64,000 bases of DNA. Origin: Candidatus Saccharimonadia bacterium (lineage in GTDB: Bacteria; Patescibacteriota; SICC01). The notes beneath the pieces were generated by a model. That model did no database searches. It was not told the DNA's origin and saw only the letters and a list, made by a program, of their open reading frames with translations. Made by a program: the position numbers and the translations under genes. Of this stretch, positions 8,779 to 17,547 are shown piece by piece. Numbering within the stretch: position 1 is the first letter of the stretch; each line of letters starts with the position of its first letter. The DNA lies in NCBI GenBank assembly GCA_025449535.1, contig JANWJF010000001.1, positions 303,344 through 367,343 of the forward strand, written 5' to 3'.

Positions 8779-9432
8779 TCAGGGACTGGGAAAGACGACG
8801 ACCTGCGACTCGTTTTCCGGCAGGTCCGAATGCTTCAGCTTGAACGTCTTCTTCTCGAGCTTCCGTACCTTGCCGCCGACCTGCCCCAGGAACTTGTCTA
8901 CCGCGGCCAGCTCCTTCACCTTCAGCTTCGGAACCTGGTAATGCATCGGCACGGTAATCCGCGGTTGGAGCAGCTTCACCACGTCGGCCGCCGCCTTGGC
9001 ATCGATCGTGAAGTGGCCACCGACCGGCACGAACAGCACGTCGACGTCGCCGAGCCGTTCGACGGTGTCCTCGTCGAGGACGTGGCCGAGGTCGCCGAGA
9101 TGCACGAGGTGCATGTCGTCGACATGGAACGAATAGACCGTGTTCCGGCCACGGTCGGCTCCCTGTTTGTCGTCATGGTAGGTCGGGATGCCTTCGATCA
9201 TCACGCCCTTGGACTCGTACTCACCCGGCGTGTCGACCACGTACGGATCGCCGCCCTCGCGACCGGATACCGCCGCGACGTTGGCATGGTCGAAGTGGTC
9301 GTGCGACACGAGCAGCACGTCGGCCTCGAGCTTCGGCTCCTTGAGTCCGATGTCCGCGAACGGGTCGACCGCGACCGTCGCGTCCTTCCCTTTCACTAGG
9401 AAGCAGGATTGTCCGTACCAAGTGATATCCAT
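8779..9432 (-). CDS. Metallo-beta-lactamase-fold metal-dependent hydrolase (UPF0173-like).
   Basis: MDITWYGQSCFLV...VDPF, HxHxDH-type motif (LVSHDHFDHAN) and a C-terminal motif typical of the family. Start trimmed to the ATG at 9432. Confidence 0.75.
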   Translation of the reverse strand: MDITWYGQSCFLVKGKDATVAVDPFADIGLKEPKLEADVLLVSHDHFDHANVAAVSGREGGDPYVVDTPGEYESKGVMIEGIPTYHDDKQGADRGRNTVYSFHVDDMHLVHLGDLGHVLDEDTVERLGDVDVLFVPVGGHFTIDAKAAADVVKLLQPRITVPMHYQVPKLKVKELAAVDKFLGQVGGKVRKLEKKTFKLKHSDLPENESQVVVFPSP

Positions 9433-9524
9433 CAGATTCAGTATACCGTGGCCGCTGGTGACTTTTCTCGTCCGGCGGCCATGAAGGGGAACGTACATGA
9501 TTGCCTGGTGTATCCTTGAGCGGT

Positions 9525-10241
9525 ATGACTTTGACCAGCGCCACCACCCACGTGCTTGCCGGGACCACTCGCCGCAGCGACGGCGATTGGGGCGAACAGC
9601 GCGTCCCCGTCCAGCTCGCCGAGCTGAAGCGGCTGGTGTCCCGCCGGTACGGCGGCGTGCCGCAGCGGATCGTCTGGATGAAGCAGGTCCACGGCGCCCA
9701 GGTGCACCCGATCACCGACGAGGACGGCGAGGTCGAGCCGGGGGACGCACTGATCACGGACCGCCCGGGTGTCCTCCTGACGATCCGGACCGCGGACTGC
9801 GTCCCGGTGTTCCTGGAATCCGAGGACGCGATCGGGATCGTCCACGTCGGCCTGGCCGGCGCCCTCAAGCAGGTCTTCCCGCGGGCCGTCCGGGCGATGC
9901 GCCGCGAGTACAAGGTACGGCCGGAGGAACTGCTGGTCCGGTTCGGTCCGCACATCTGCAGCTCCTGCTACGAGATGTCACCGAACAACCTGGCGCTGCT
10001 CGAGAAGTATCCCGAAGCGAAGCGGTACGCCAGTCCGCGCGGCGACCGGCGGTTCTTCTCACTGATCGACCTACTGGTCTCCCAGGCCGGGGAGCTTGGC
10101 GTGCGGCATCTGGAGGCGGACCCCCGGTGCACGTATCACGACAGCGACCTGTTCTCCGCCCGCCGCGGACATCAGGACAGCCGGCAGCTCTCGTTCGTGA
10201 TGATGACCCGTCCCGGCCAAGGCCAGCCCCCGCATGCTTGA
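9525..10241 (+). CDS. pgeF: YfiH/PgeF (DUF152, polyphenol-oxidase/laccase-domain) family protein.
   Basis: Conserved pattern HGAQVHPI...ADCVPV...IGIVHVGLAG...CYE. Start uncertain (ATG 9525 or TTG 9501). Confidence 0.7.
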   Translation: MTLTSATTHVLAGTTRRSDGDWGEQRVPVQLAELKRLVSRRYGGVPQRIVWMKQVHGAQVHPITDEDGEVEPGDALITDRPGVLLTIRTADCVPVFLESEDAIGIVHVGLAGALKQVFPRAVRAMRREYKVRPEELLVRFGPHICSSCYEMSPNNLALLEKYPEAKRYASPRGDRRFFSLIDLLVSQAGELGVRHLEADPRCTYHDSDLFSARRGHQDSRQLSFVMMTRPGQGQPPHA

Positions 10242-10665
10242 GACGCCACACAGCATCGTCGGCGGCGCGGTCGGGGCGGCCGTCGGCAATCCGGCCGGCG
10301 CCTTCGCGGCCGGGGTCGGCTCGCACTTCCTTGGGGACATGCTGCCGCACTGGAACCCGAACTTCCCGTTCAAATCCAAGGCGCTGTACGCCTTCGTGAT
10401 CGCCGACTTCGTGGTCGCGGAAGCGTTGGTCGTGCTGCTCTGGTTCCTGTTCCCCGACCGCCCGGAGGTCGCGATCGGCGCGTTCGCCGGGACGCTGCCG
10501 GACGTCCTGCTCGGCATCCGGTTCACCTTCAAGGTGCAACGGCTCCGCGCGTACGAGCGGTTCCACAGCCTGGTCCATTGGGAGGTGCCTATCCGCTACG
10601 GCCTCTGGCCGCAGTTAGCGGTTTCTGTACTGGGCTCGTGGTACCTACTCCAGCAGGTACAGTAA
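10234..10665 (+). CDS. Membrane-bound metal-dependent hydrolase, YdjM/DUF457-like.
   Basis: Overlaps the pgeF stop (ATGCTTGA). Hydrophobic protein with the HFLGDMLPHW motif. Confidence 0.5.
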   Translation: MLETPHSIVGGAVGAAVGNPAGAFAAGVGSHFLGDMLPHWNPNFPFKSKALYAFVIADFVVAEALVVLLWFLFPDRPEVAIGAFAGTLPDVLLGIRFTFKVQRLRAYERFHSLVHWEVPIRYGLWPQLAVSVLGSWYLLQQVQ

Positions 10666-10671
10666 AGTCAG

Positions 10672-11250
10672 ATGGCCTACCTCACGTTCCAATATTCCAG
10701 CGTCTACAACCGCTTTATCAAGCAGCGCAGCGACAACCCCGATGCGTATCCTGACCAAGCTACACTGACGAACTACCTCGGCGATGTCGAGAAGCTTTGG
10801 AGGCAGCGCGGTGAAAAAGTGCTGACGATTATCGAAACCCGACTCGGTATTCCTTGGGATAACAAAGAGCACGTCTGTTACGTAATGGGTCTGAAGCGGA
10901 GTTTCTCCAATCCTTTGTCGCTTGGATTCCTTCCCAACACTGAACGGGCATTCGATGTCCTGACCCACGAGATGATCCACCGGTACTTCATTCAGCGGGA
11001 TAGGAAGCTAGTCAAAACGGACGGCTTCCAGCAGTTGATGCAGCAATATGCAGACGAGCCGCTGCCGACCAAGAATCACGTTCCGGTCCACGCCCTACAC
11101 CAGCACGTGTACGAAAAGCTCGACCGTCAAAAAGAAATGCAGGAAGAAATTGCCAACTTAATCCGCGACGAATACAAACGTTCTTGGTACATCGTCCAGG
11201 AAGTCGGCGCGGAAAAGATTCTCGATAGGATTGCGGCCCGGCCTAGATGA
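10672..11250 (+). CDS. Hypothetical protein with an HExxH motif (LTHEMIHRY), a possible small zinc metallopeptidase. Moderately lower GC than its neighbours.
   Basis: HEMIH motif and ORF integrity. Lies 7 nt after the upstream gene. Confidence 0.5.
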   Translation: MAYLTFQYSSVYNRFIKQRSDNPDAYPDQATLTNYLGDVEKLWRQRGEKVLTIIETRLGIPWDNKEHVCYVMGLKRSFSNPLSLGFLPNTERAFDVLTHEMIHRYFIQRDRKLVKTDGFQQLMQQYADEPLPTKNHVPVHALHQHVYEKLDRQKEMQEEIANLIRDEYKRSWYIVQEVGAEKILDRIAARPR

Positions 11251-11881
11251 CTTTCGTCGGGACGCGCGTCTGGACGTTGAGTTCGTCGATGACGACCTTC
11301 TTCGGATCGGAAAGCATCAGGGTCAGGAAACGGTCGAACAGCTGGGTCCGGTAGGCGAACTCCGTCTCGCTCATGATCGTGTAGCGGATCTCGCCGTGCT
11401 TCACCTGGAGTCCCTTGAGGTAATCGGAGAAGAGGTCCTCGTCCGGTTCCCCGACGAGCAACAGGTCGGCCGGCGACTCCTTGGAGTTCACGAACTTCCC
11501 GTTCTGGACGACCAGCTTGACGTTACCGAGCGACGGCGGCGGGGTCGGCTCACCCGGCAGCGCCCCGAGGACCTGTCGCCGCGCGACTTCCTCGGTCTCC
11601 GCGGCCTGCGGCGGCATCTCCGCGAAGAGCAACCGCATCTCGTTGATGCCCGGCGCCGACTGGTCGAGCCGGTAATACAGCTTGCCCTGACTCTTCTTCT
11701 TGCTCACCAAACCGGCCGTCTCGAGGTTGCCGAGCTCGTGCCGGATCGCGTTGATGTGATCCGACAGCATCCTGGTCAGCTCCCGGACATAGTACTTCTG
11801 TCCCGGATCCTTCAGGAAATGACGCAGCAGCTTCACGCGCGTCTTGGAGCCGAAAAGAATGGTCAGTTGTTCGTTGGTCAT
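11243..11881 (-). CDS. Winged-helix DNA-binding protein with a C-terminal domain of unknown function.
   Basis: N-terminal wHTH (YYVRELTRMLSDHINAIRHELGNLETAGLV). Its 3' end overlaps the convergent 10672..11250 gene by 8 nt. Confidence 0.6.
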   Translation of the reverse strand: MTNEQLTILFGSKTRVKLLRHFLKDPGQKYYVRELTRMLSDHINAIRHELGNLETAGLVSKKKSQGKLYYRLDQSAPGINEMRLLFAEMPPQAAETEEVARRQVLGALPGEPTPPPSLGNVKLVVQNGKFVNSKESPADLLLVGEPDEDLFSDYLKGLQVKHGEIRYTIMSETEFAYRTQLFDRFLTLMLSDPKKVVIDELNVQTRVPTKVI

Positions 11882-11970
11882 GGGGTATCAGCGCTACCTA
11901 CGACACCGTAGCATATCGAGTGAATTTCGAATAAGCAAGTTGCGCGGCAACGATATCGCTGAGCAACTGG

Positions 11971-13353
11971 TTACGAAGGAATGCGCTTCACTTGTTCAGT
12001 GAAGAACCGGCCTCGATCAGTATAGCTCTTGAACCAACCGAAGCTGGTGGCGGCCGGCGAGAACAGGACGGTATCCCCTTTCCGGGCCAGCTTGCGGGCA
12101 GCCGGAACGATCTGCTGCTTGCGACGGATGTCGGTGACTTCGGGCATGGGCTTGCCGGCCTTGCGGAAGGCGCGGCGGAACGCCCGGACGATCTTCTCTC
12201 CTTCCAACGGCATGGCCACGATGCCGCGGACATCCTTCCGGGCCGCTTCCTCCGCCAGTCCTTCGAAGCGCAGGCCCTTCTTCTGCCCGCCAACGATGAG
12301 CACCAGCGGCGTGTCGATGCTGGCGACCGCCGGGGTCGCCGCCGTCTCGCTGGTGGCATAGGAGTCGTTGAAGTAGCGGACGCCTCCTTTGGCACCGAGG
12401 TACTCGAGGTGATACGGGAGCCCGCGGAACTCCTTGGCGGCCTTGGTGATCGCGGAGGTGCCGACGCCGCAGGCCGATGCGGCCAGGGCCGCGGCCAGGA
12501 CGTTCGCGCGGTTGTGCTCGCCGGGTACCTGCAGGTCCGATTCCCGGAGCAGCCGCTTGTTCCCGGCGGCCAGCCAGCCGTCTTTGAGCAAAGCGTCGGC
12601 TGGTTTCCGCGTCGAAAACCACCGGACCCGGCCCGGACCGCCCGCGAACGGCTTGCTTCCCGGGTCGTCCGCGTTCAGGACCGCCAGGTCACCGCGGCGC
12701 TGGTACTTCGTGATCGACCGCTTCGCGCCCCGGTACTCCCGGAGGCTGCGATGGTAGTCGAGATGGTCCGCGGTCACGTTAGTGACTACCGCCACTTGGG
12801 GTGACCGGTCCAGGTCTTGGAGCTGGTAACTGGAAAGCTCGAGTACGACCGTATCTCCGGACTTCACGTAGTCCAGGAAGTTCAGCATCGGTCGGCCGAT
12901 GTTCCCGCCGAGCCAGACGCGCTTGCGACCCATGTAGCCGGCCTTGAACATCCGGGCGATCAGCGAGCTCGTCGTGCCTTTCCCTTTGGTACCGGTGACG
13001 CCGACGATCCGTGCCGGGCAGCGTTCGAAGAAGACCTTGGTCTGCGAGGTCACCGTCACGCCTGCCTTCACGGCCCGTTGGATCTCCGGACTGAAGTACG
13101 GCCGGAGCGGCGTCCGGACGACGATCTCATAGTCGGTGATGCCCTTGAGGTAGTCCCGTCCGAACCGGAACGTCGTGATGCCGGCTTTCTGCAGGTCACG
13201 GACGGTCGTCCGGAGCTGGGCGTGCGACATCCGGTCGCCGACCGTGACGTCGGCGCCGTGGCGCTTGAACCAGCAAGCCGAGGACACGCCTTCTCGTCCC
13301 GCGCCCACGACCAAGACCTTCCGGCCGGCGTAGTCGGTCGAGCGGCCCGCCAT
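11971..13353 (-). CDS. murD: UDP-N-acetylmuramoylalanine--D-glutamate ligase.
   Basis: Rossmann-type N-terminus (KVLVVGAGREG), Mur ligase P-loop GVTGTKGKGTT, full length of about 460 aa. Confidence 0.85.
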   Translation of the reverse strand: MAGRSTDYAGRKVLVVGAGREGVSSACWFKRHGADVTVGDRMSHAQLRTTVRDLQKAGITTFRFGRDYLKGITDYEIVVRTPLRPYFSPEIQRAVKAGVTVTSQTKVFFERCPARIVGVTGTKGKGTTSSLIARMFKAGYMGRKRVWLGGNIGRPMLNFLDYVKSGDTVVLELSSYQLQDLDRSPQVAVVTNVTADHLDYHRSLREYRGAKRSITKYQRRGDLAVLNADDPGSKPFAGGPGRVRWFSTRKPADALLKDGWLAAGNKRLLRESDLQVPGEHNRANVLAAALAASACGVGTSAITKAAKEFRGLPYHLEYLGAKGGVRYFNDSYATSETAATPAVASIDTPLVLIVGGQKKGLRFEGLAEEAARKDVRGIVAMPLEGEKIVRAFRRAFRKAGKPMPEVTDIRRKQQIVPAARKLARKGDTVLFSPAATSFGWFKSYTDRGRFFTEQVKRIPS

Positions 13354-13357
13354 GATG

Positions 13358-13567
13358 CTACCGGTTCGCCAGGTAGACGATCTCGAACCCGAACGCCACC
13401 CAGGCCAGGATCATGAAGAACCAGACGATCGGGCTCTTCAACGACGACTTCAACACGGCCTTCGGGTCGTCATCGTGACGGAACCGCTTCAGGAAGATCA
13501 GCCCGAGCACGAACAACGCGACCCCGAACAGGCGGCCGAAGAGCAGAGGGAGCGAGTAGCCGAACAT
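13358..13567 (-). CDS. Small two-helix membrane protein (69 aa).
   Basis: Its start overlaps the ABC ATPase stop (TAATG) and it ends 4 nt before murD, indicating translational coupling in one operon. Confidence 0.45.
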   Translation of the reverse strand: MFGYSLPLLFGRLFGVALFVLGLIFLKRFRHDDDPKAVLKSSLKSPIVWFFMILAWVAFGFEIVYLANR

Positions 13568-14394
13568 TACTTCTTCTTTCGGTTCTTAGGCGCCAGCTTC
13601 CGAGGCTTCGTGGCGGGCCGCTTGCGTGGGGCCTGCCGCTTCTCGGGAACGACCTTGCCGTCGTCCATGTTTAGGACCCGGTCGGCGCGGTCGGCCACCG
13701 AATGGTCATGCGTCACGATCACGAACGTCTGGCCGGTCTGTTCGTTGAGTTCCTGGAGCAGGTCCATCACATCATCGGAAGTCTTGTGGTCGAGCTCGCC
13801 GGTCGGCTCGTCGGCCAGGACCACCGCCGGCGACAGCACCAGCGCCCGGGCCACGGCCACCCGCTGCTGCTCCCCGCCGGAGAGCTGGTTCGGCAAGTGG
13901 TTCTCCCGTTCCAGCATCCCCACCAGGCGCAGCGCCTCGCGGGCCTGCTCGCGGCCGGCCTTCCGCTTGCCACGGGCGTAGCGGAACGGCAGGTAGACGT
14001 TCTCGAACGCCGTCAGCGACGGGATCAGGTTCTTCTGCTGGAAGATCATGCCGACCTCGTTCTGCCGGAACAGCGGGACCTTCCGACGCTTCAGGTCGGT
14101 CACGTCGATTCCTGCGAACTTCACGGTCCCGGAGTCCGGCGTATCCAACAGGCCGATCACGTTGAGCAACGTGGTCTTACCGGAACCGGACGGTCCCATC
14201 AGCGCGACCATCTCGCCCCGTTGGACCTTCAGGCTCACGCCCTTGAGGACGCGGACTGGCTCGGCGCCGCTCTCGTACGTCCGGTGGACGCCGGTGACCT
14301 CCACCATCGGCGGCAGGTCCTTAAGGTCATCCTGCTTGGTGAAGAGCTTGCCCTTCATCCGTTGCGGCTTCTTCTTGCGGAACAAGGCCATCAC
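13567..14394 (-). CDS. ABC transporter ATP-binding protein (MacB/LolD/FtsE-like) with a basic C-terminal tail.
   Basis: Walker A GPSGSGKTT, signature LSGGEQQRVAVARAL, Walker B VLADEPTGELD, H-loop. Start either the ATG at 14394 (ATGA overlap with the permease stop) or 14307 (MVEV...). Confidence 0.85.
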   Translation of the reverse strand: MMALFRKKKPQRMKGKLFTKQDDLKDLPPMVEVTGVHRTYESGAEPVRVLKGVSLKVQRGEMVALMGPSGSGKTTLLNVIGLLDTPDSGTVKFAGIDVTDLKRRKVPLFRQNEVGMIFQQKNLIPSLTAFENVYLPFRYARGKRKAGREQAREALRLVGMLERENHLPNQLSGGEQQRVAVARALVLSPAVVLADEPTGELDHKTSDDVMDLLQELNEQTGQTFVIVTHDHSVADRADRVLNMDDGKVVPEKRQAPRKRPATKPRKLAPKNRKKK

Positions 14395-15593
14395 TCCTCC
14401 CTCAGCACCTTAACCGGCTTGATCCGCGTCGCCCGCCAGGCCGGGTAGAGTCCCGCCAGCACCCCAAGTACCACCGCAAAGCCGATCGACATGACGGCCA
14501 GCTCTGGCGTAAGCAGGAACAGCTCGAGGCCTTGCTGCTTGGTGATCGCATTGACGACGGCGGTCAGCGCCGCGCTGCCGAGGAACCCGAGGACGCCGCC
14601 GATCAGTCCGATCAATCCGGTCTCCGTGACCGTCTCCTTGAGGATGTGTCGCGCCCGGGCGCCGACCACCCGCTTCACGCCGATCTCCTTGCGCCGTTCG
14701 GTCACGCTCATGATCATCGTGTTGATCACGGACAGGCTGCCGACCAGCACCGCGATCAGGGCGCTGCCGAGGACGATCAGGTTGAACACCGCCGAGGCGT
14801 CCTCCAGCGTCTTCTTCAGTTGGTCCGGCGGCGTGCCGTCCACCCCGCTGATCGTCGACTCGATCTTCTCGGTCAGCTTCGTCGAGTCCACGCCCTCCTC
14901 CGGGAAGACGTTAATGTTCGTCACCAGTTCCTCGGTGCTGGTCGTGAACGAGGTGATATCCCGGGAGAGCGCCAGGGCGTCCGTCAGGGTGACCATGTAG
15001 AAGGAGTCCGGATCGGCGGTAGTCCGCTTCAGGATGCCGACCACTTCGAACTGCTTGCCGCGCAACGTGACCGTGTCGCCGACGTCGAGCTGCTTCTTCT
15101 GGACGACGTTCGAGCCGATCACCGTCTTGCCGGTGTCGCCGGCCTTCAGGGCCCGGCCTTCGCCGACCTCAAGCTGGAACTTGTCCTTGGCGGCCTCGGC
15201 TGGCGGCGCACCCTGGATCGTCTCCGGCGAGGACGCCACCGAGAACTCCGCGTCCGGTTCGGCCAGCAGCGACAACGTCGGATACGCCCGGTCCACGCCG
15301 TCGATCACCTCGATCCGGTCGGTGATACTGGACGGCAGCTGCGGCCCCACCGCGAACGGCCCGCCGAAGCCACCGCTGTCCTTAGTGACCAGGATCCGGC
15401 TGCTGAAGTAATCGATGCCGACCTGGATCGACTTGCTGAGGCTCTGCGACAACGCGCCCATCGTGGTCAGCGCGAAGATGCCGATCCCGATACCGAAGAT
15501 GGTCAGGGCGGATCGTGCCTTGCGGCGCCAGATGTTCCGGAGCGCTTCTCTCACAAGGGTTATTGTACCAAGTGGCGTATGATTGGTGCGCAT
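14391..15593 (-). CDS. ABC transporter permease, MacB/FtsX family, with a large periplasmic domain.
   Basis: N-terminal TM helix, a roughly 230-aa extracytoplasmic domain, then the C-terminal FtsX 3-TM bundle ending YPAWRATRIKPVKVLREE. An alternative GTG start lies at 15554. Confidence 0.8.
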   Translation of the reverse strand: MRTNHTPLGTITLVREALRNIWRRKARSALTIFGIGIGIFALTTMGALSQSLSKSIQVGIDYFSSRILVTKDSGGFGGPFAVGPQLPSSITDRIEVIDGVDRAYPTLSLLAEPDAEFSVASSPETIQGAPPAEAAKDKFQLEVGEGRALKAGDTGKTVIGSNVVQKKQLDVGDTVTLRGKQFEVVGILKRTTADPDSFYMVTLTDALALSRDITSFTTSTEELVTNINVFPEEGVDSTKLTEKIESTISGVDGTPPDQLKKTLEDASAVFNLIVLGSALIAVLVGSLSVINTMIMSVTERRKEIGVKRVVGARARHILKETVTETGLIGLIGGVLGFLGSAALTAVVNAITKQQGLELFLLTPELAVMSIGFAVVLGVLAGLYPAWRATRIKPVKVLREE

Positions 15594-16074
15594 GAATGGT
15601 CAAACTGTCGAGATGGCGAACGTTCCAGATAGGACCCGACTGACCTTAGACGTTGTCCGTCAATTAGAAATCATCGCCCTCGCCGAGGCCCTGGTGAATG
15701 CGCGGAGGATCGAGGACGAAGAGTCCCATGATTATTTCATTGAGCAGATTGCCAGGAGCGCGGCCAGTTCCGGTGAATACGAAGTCGCACGGTCCATCGC
15801 CCGGGAAGCCAAAGAATCACAGGTGACCGCATCGCTTGAAGCAAGCTTCGCGCGACAGGAGACCGATAGCGCGACGGAGGAAAATGACGAGGTGTTCGTA
15901 CCGGAACCGACGGATCCGGAACGGGATACCAATCGTTGGTTGGAAATCGCGACGCTGTTCGGAAGTCCTCGCGAAGAAGATGGCACCGTGGCGGCCATCG
16001 CCGACCTGATTCCAACAGATGACATGACCGGCTTGGAGCTATTCCAGACGGTGCTTGAGGCGGAAACGGCATAA
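15589..16074 (+). CDS. Acidic hypothetical protein (about 160 aa).
   Basis: ORF with high GC3, divergent from the ABC operon. No recognisable domain. Confidence 0.4.
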   Translation, partial: RMNGQTVEMANVPDRTRLTLDVVRQLEIIALAEALVNARRIEDEESHDYFIEQIARSAASSGEYEVARSIAREAKESQVTASLEASFARQETDSATEENDEVFVPEPTDPERDTNRWLEIATLFGSPREEDGTVAAIADLIPTDDMTGLELFQTVLEAETA

Positions 16075-16093
16075 GAAGAGCGAGAGGCGCTTT

Positions 16094-16741
16094 TTACTCC
16101 ATTAGACCAAGGGCCGTAGCATCCCGCAGGACCCGGTTCCGGACATTGCTGTCGCCGGACTTCTGAGCCCGACTTAGACATCGTTCCCGGATCGCGGAAT
16201 GCTTGGACCGCAAACCTTCCCGCAGGATCCGGCCGATCCGTTGCTCGCTGTCAAACGTCCGGGCGATATTCAATGCGAGGTTGGCTACTCCCTCGTTCTC
16301 GTTCCGGATACCGGCGCCCACCACCATACTTTGGTTGACGTCCCGCTTAATGTCGTCCACAGCGACCAGGGCCGCATGGGCGACGTACGTATCCGGGGAG
16401 CCGGCGGCGACCATCAAACCATCGCTGCGGTCATTCTCGCCTTCCACCTTGAGCAGGTGTCCGATCGCTTCCCGTCGGAGATCGGGATCTTCCGATGTCC
16501 GGATGACGTGAGTGAACACGTTCGCCCGGTGCTTGTCCAGCTCGAAGAACCGCGCCAGCTGCATACCCTCGCGCGTCGCGTCGCCGCCCTGCTCCACCAA
16601 CTGCCGCGCCATCGGCAGCAGGACCTTGCCCTCCTGCTCGGCACTCCACTTCCCGCCGTCCACGATGTCCTTAAAGAGTAATCGTTCTGCGTATACGAAT
16701 GCCTCGGTGCGAAGCGGGTGGTCGCCTAGTGGTTCGCTCAT
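16094..16741 (-). CDS. HEAT/PBS-lyase-like repeat protein.
   Basis: Repeated alpha-helical pairs of about 30 residues with conserved R/A/G positions, typical of HEAT-like repeats. Confidence 0.55.
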   Translation of the reverse strand: MSEPLGDHPLRTEAFVYAERLLFKDIVDGGKWSAEQEGKVLLPMARQLVEQGGDATREGMQLARFFELDKHRANVFTHVIRTSEDPDLRREAIGHLLKVEGENDRSDGLMVAAGSPDTYVAHAALVAVDDIKRDVNQSMVVGAGIRNENEGVANLALNIARTFDSEQRIGRILREGLRSKHSAIRERCLSRAQKSGDSNVRNRVLRDATALGLME

Positions 16742-16800
16742 AGCGCTGTATTGTCTCGGTCAAACCAGTGAGTGTCAACGAAAAAGAGCGAGGGGCGCGG

Positions 16801-17019
16801 TTACAGACCCTTAAACAGTTCCTCGGCCCTAATTCCCAATCCCTTACATATCGAGTAGACCGTGTTAAGGCTTGGCTTTGCGTTTCCCTGCTCTATGGCC
16901 GCGACATGTTTTTCCGCGAGTCCCGCCAAGTCCGCCAGACGAGCTTGTGTATACCCCTTCTCTTTGCGGTATGTAGCAATTCTTAGCGCAACCTCACTAA
17001 AGAAGTTCCCTCGGTCCAT
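16801..17019 (-). CDS. XRE-family (Cro/CI-type) HTH transcriptional regulator, 72 aa. Low-GC gene with atypical codons.
   Basis: Canonical HTH_3 (YRKEKGYTQARLADLAGLAEKHVAAIEQGNAKPSLNTVYSICKGLGIRAEELF). AGA/AGG/ATA codons are rare elsewhere in the window. Confidence 0.8.
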   Translation of the reverse strand: MDRGNFFSEVALRIATYRKEKGYTQARLADLAGLAEKHVAAIEQGNAKPSLNTVYSICKGLGIRAEELFKGL

Positions 17020-17054
17020 GCCCTAAGGGTAGGCAGATAGGTTGCCAGCTATGC

Positions 17055-17066
17055 TGTAATATTACA
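17055..17066. promoter_or_regulatory. Perfect 12-bp palindrome TGTAATATTACA in the divergent promoter region between the XRE gene and the small secreted-protein gene. Candidate operator.
   Basis: Seen directly. It sits between divergent start codons (17019 and 17108), the usual position of an XRE/Cro operator. Confidence 0.45.
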
Positions 17067-17107
17067 TACTTCCATCAAGAACTATTAATCAACTATAAGG
17101 AGGCTAC

Positions 17108-17485
17108 ATGGGCGAGGAAGTTAAAAAGAATTGGTTCGCGCGCCATAAAGTGCTGACTGGTATCGTCGGGGTAATACTGTTGTTGGGAATCGGTAGCGCA
17201 ATGAGTTCTACTGGGTCGGTAAGTACCGATACAGCAGATCAAAATCAGGGAGCAACACAAGAAGCACCAGTGAAGAAAGAGTCAAAAAAGCTCAGCTCTC
17301 AGGAAATTTATGAAAAAGTTCAGCCAGGCATGACCAAGGAAGAGGTTATCAAAATCGCCGGTCACGATCCGGACAACTGCATTAACTCTGACAGTGGTAC
17401 GTTTGGCTCCTCGGAAACCTGCTCATATGGGACCTTGTCTCTAATTTTCATGAATGGCGAATTAGAGAGTAAGACAAAGCTCTAA
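17108..17485 (+). CDS. Small membrane-anchored/secreted protein with a BamE/SmpA-OmlA-like (DUF3862-type) C-terminal domain. Low GC (about 43%).
   Basis: Strong SD AAGGAGG 5 nt upstream of the ATG. N-terminal TM/signal (VLTGIVGVILLLGIGSA). Motif GMTKEEVIKIAGHDPDNC. Confidence 0.7.
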   Translation: MGEEVKKNWFARHKVLTGIVGVILLLGIGSAMSSTGSVSTDTADQNQGATQEAPVKKESKKLSSQEIYEKVQPGMTKEEVIKIAGHDPDNCINSDSGTFGSSETCSYGTLSLIFMNGELESKTKL

Positions 17486-17497
17486 CTCTCTTTTAAG

Positions 17498-17547
17498 CAA
17501 GCTGCTAATATACAAAGGTGCAGCTTGGTAAGGTTGGTTTTTGTTTT
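17498..17547 (+). terminator. Stem-loop (CAAGCTGC ... GCAGCTTG) followed by a T-rich run between the convergent 17108..17485 (+) and 17546..18733 (-) genes.
   Basis: 8-bp stem with a 14-nt loop, then GTAAGGTTGGTTTTTGTTTT. Weaker than the other terminators here. Confidence 0.35.

Noticed and set aside
9221-10578. Several long ORFs (9221..9955 -, 9438..9953 -, 9497..10399 +, 9865..10578 -) overlapping the MBL hydrolase, pgeF and DUF457 genes.
   Set aside because: Extremely Arg/Pro/Gly/Ala-biased translations with no domain-like patterns. The annotated frames carry recognisable family motifs.
11992-13416. Plus-strand ORFs (11992..12804, 12817..13416, 13352..13981) and the minus ORF 12017..12622 antisense to or out of frame with murD and the ABC ATPase.
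   Set aside because: murD and ABC ATPase motifs are unambiguous on the minus strand. These are GC-rich shadow ORFs.
14532-15632. 366-aa plus-strand ORF antisense to the FtsX-like permease.
   Set aside because: Asp/Arg/Leu-rich nonsense. The permease frame shows the canonical topology and C-terminal motif.
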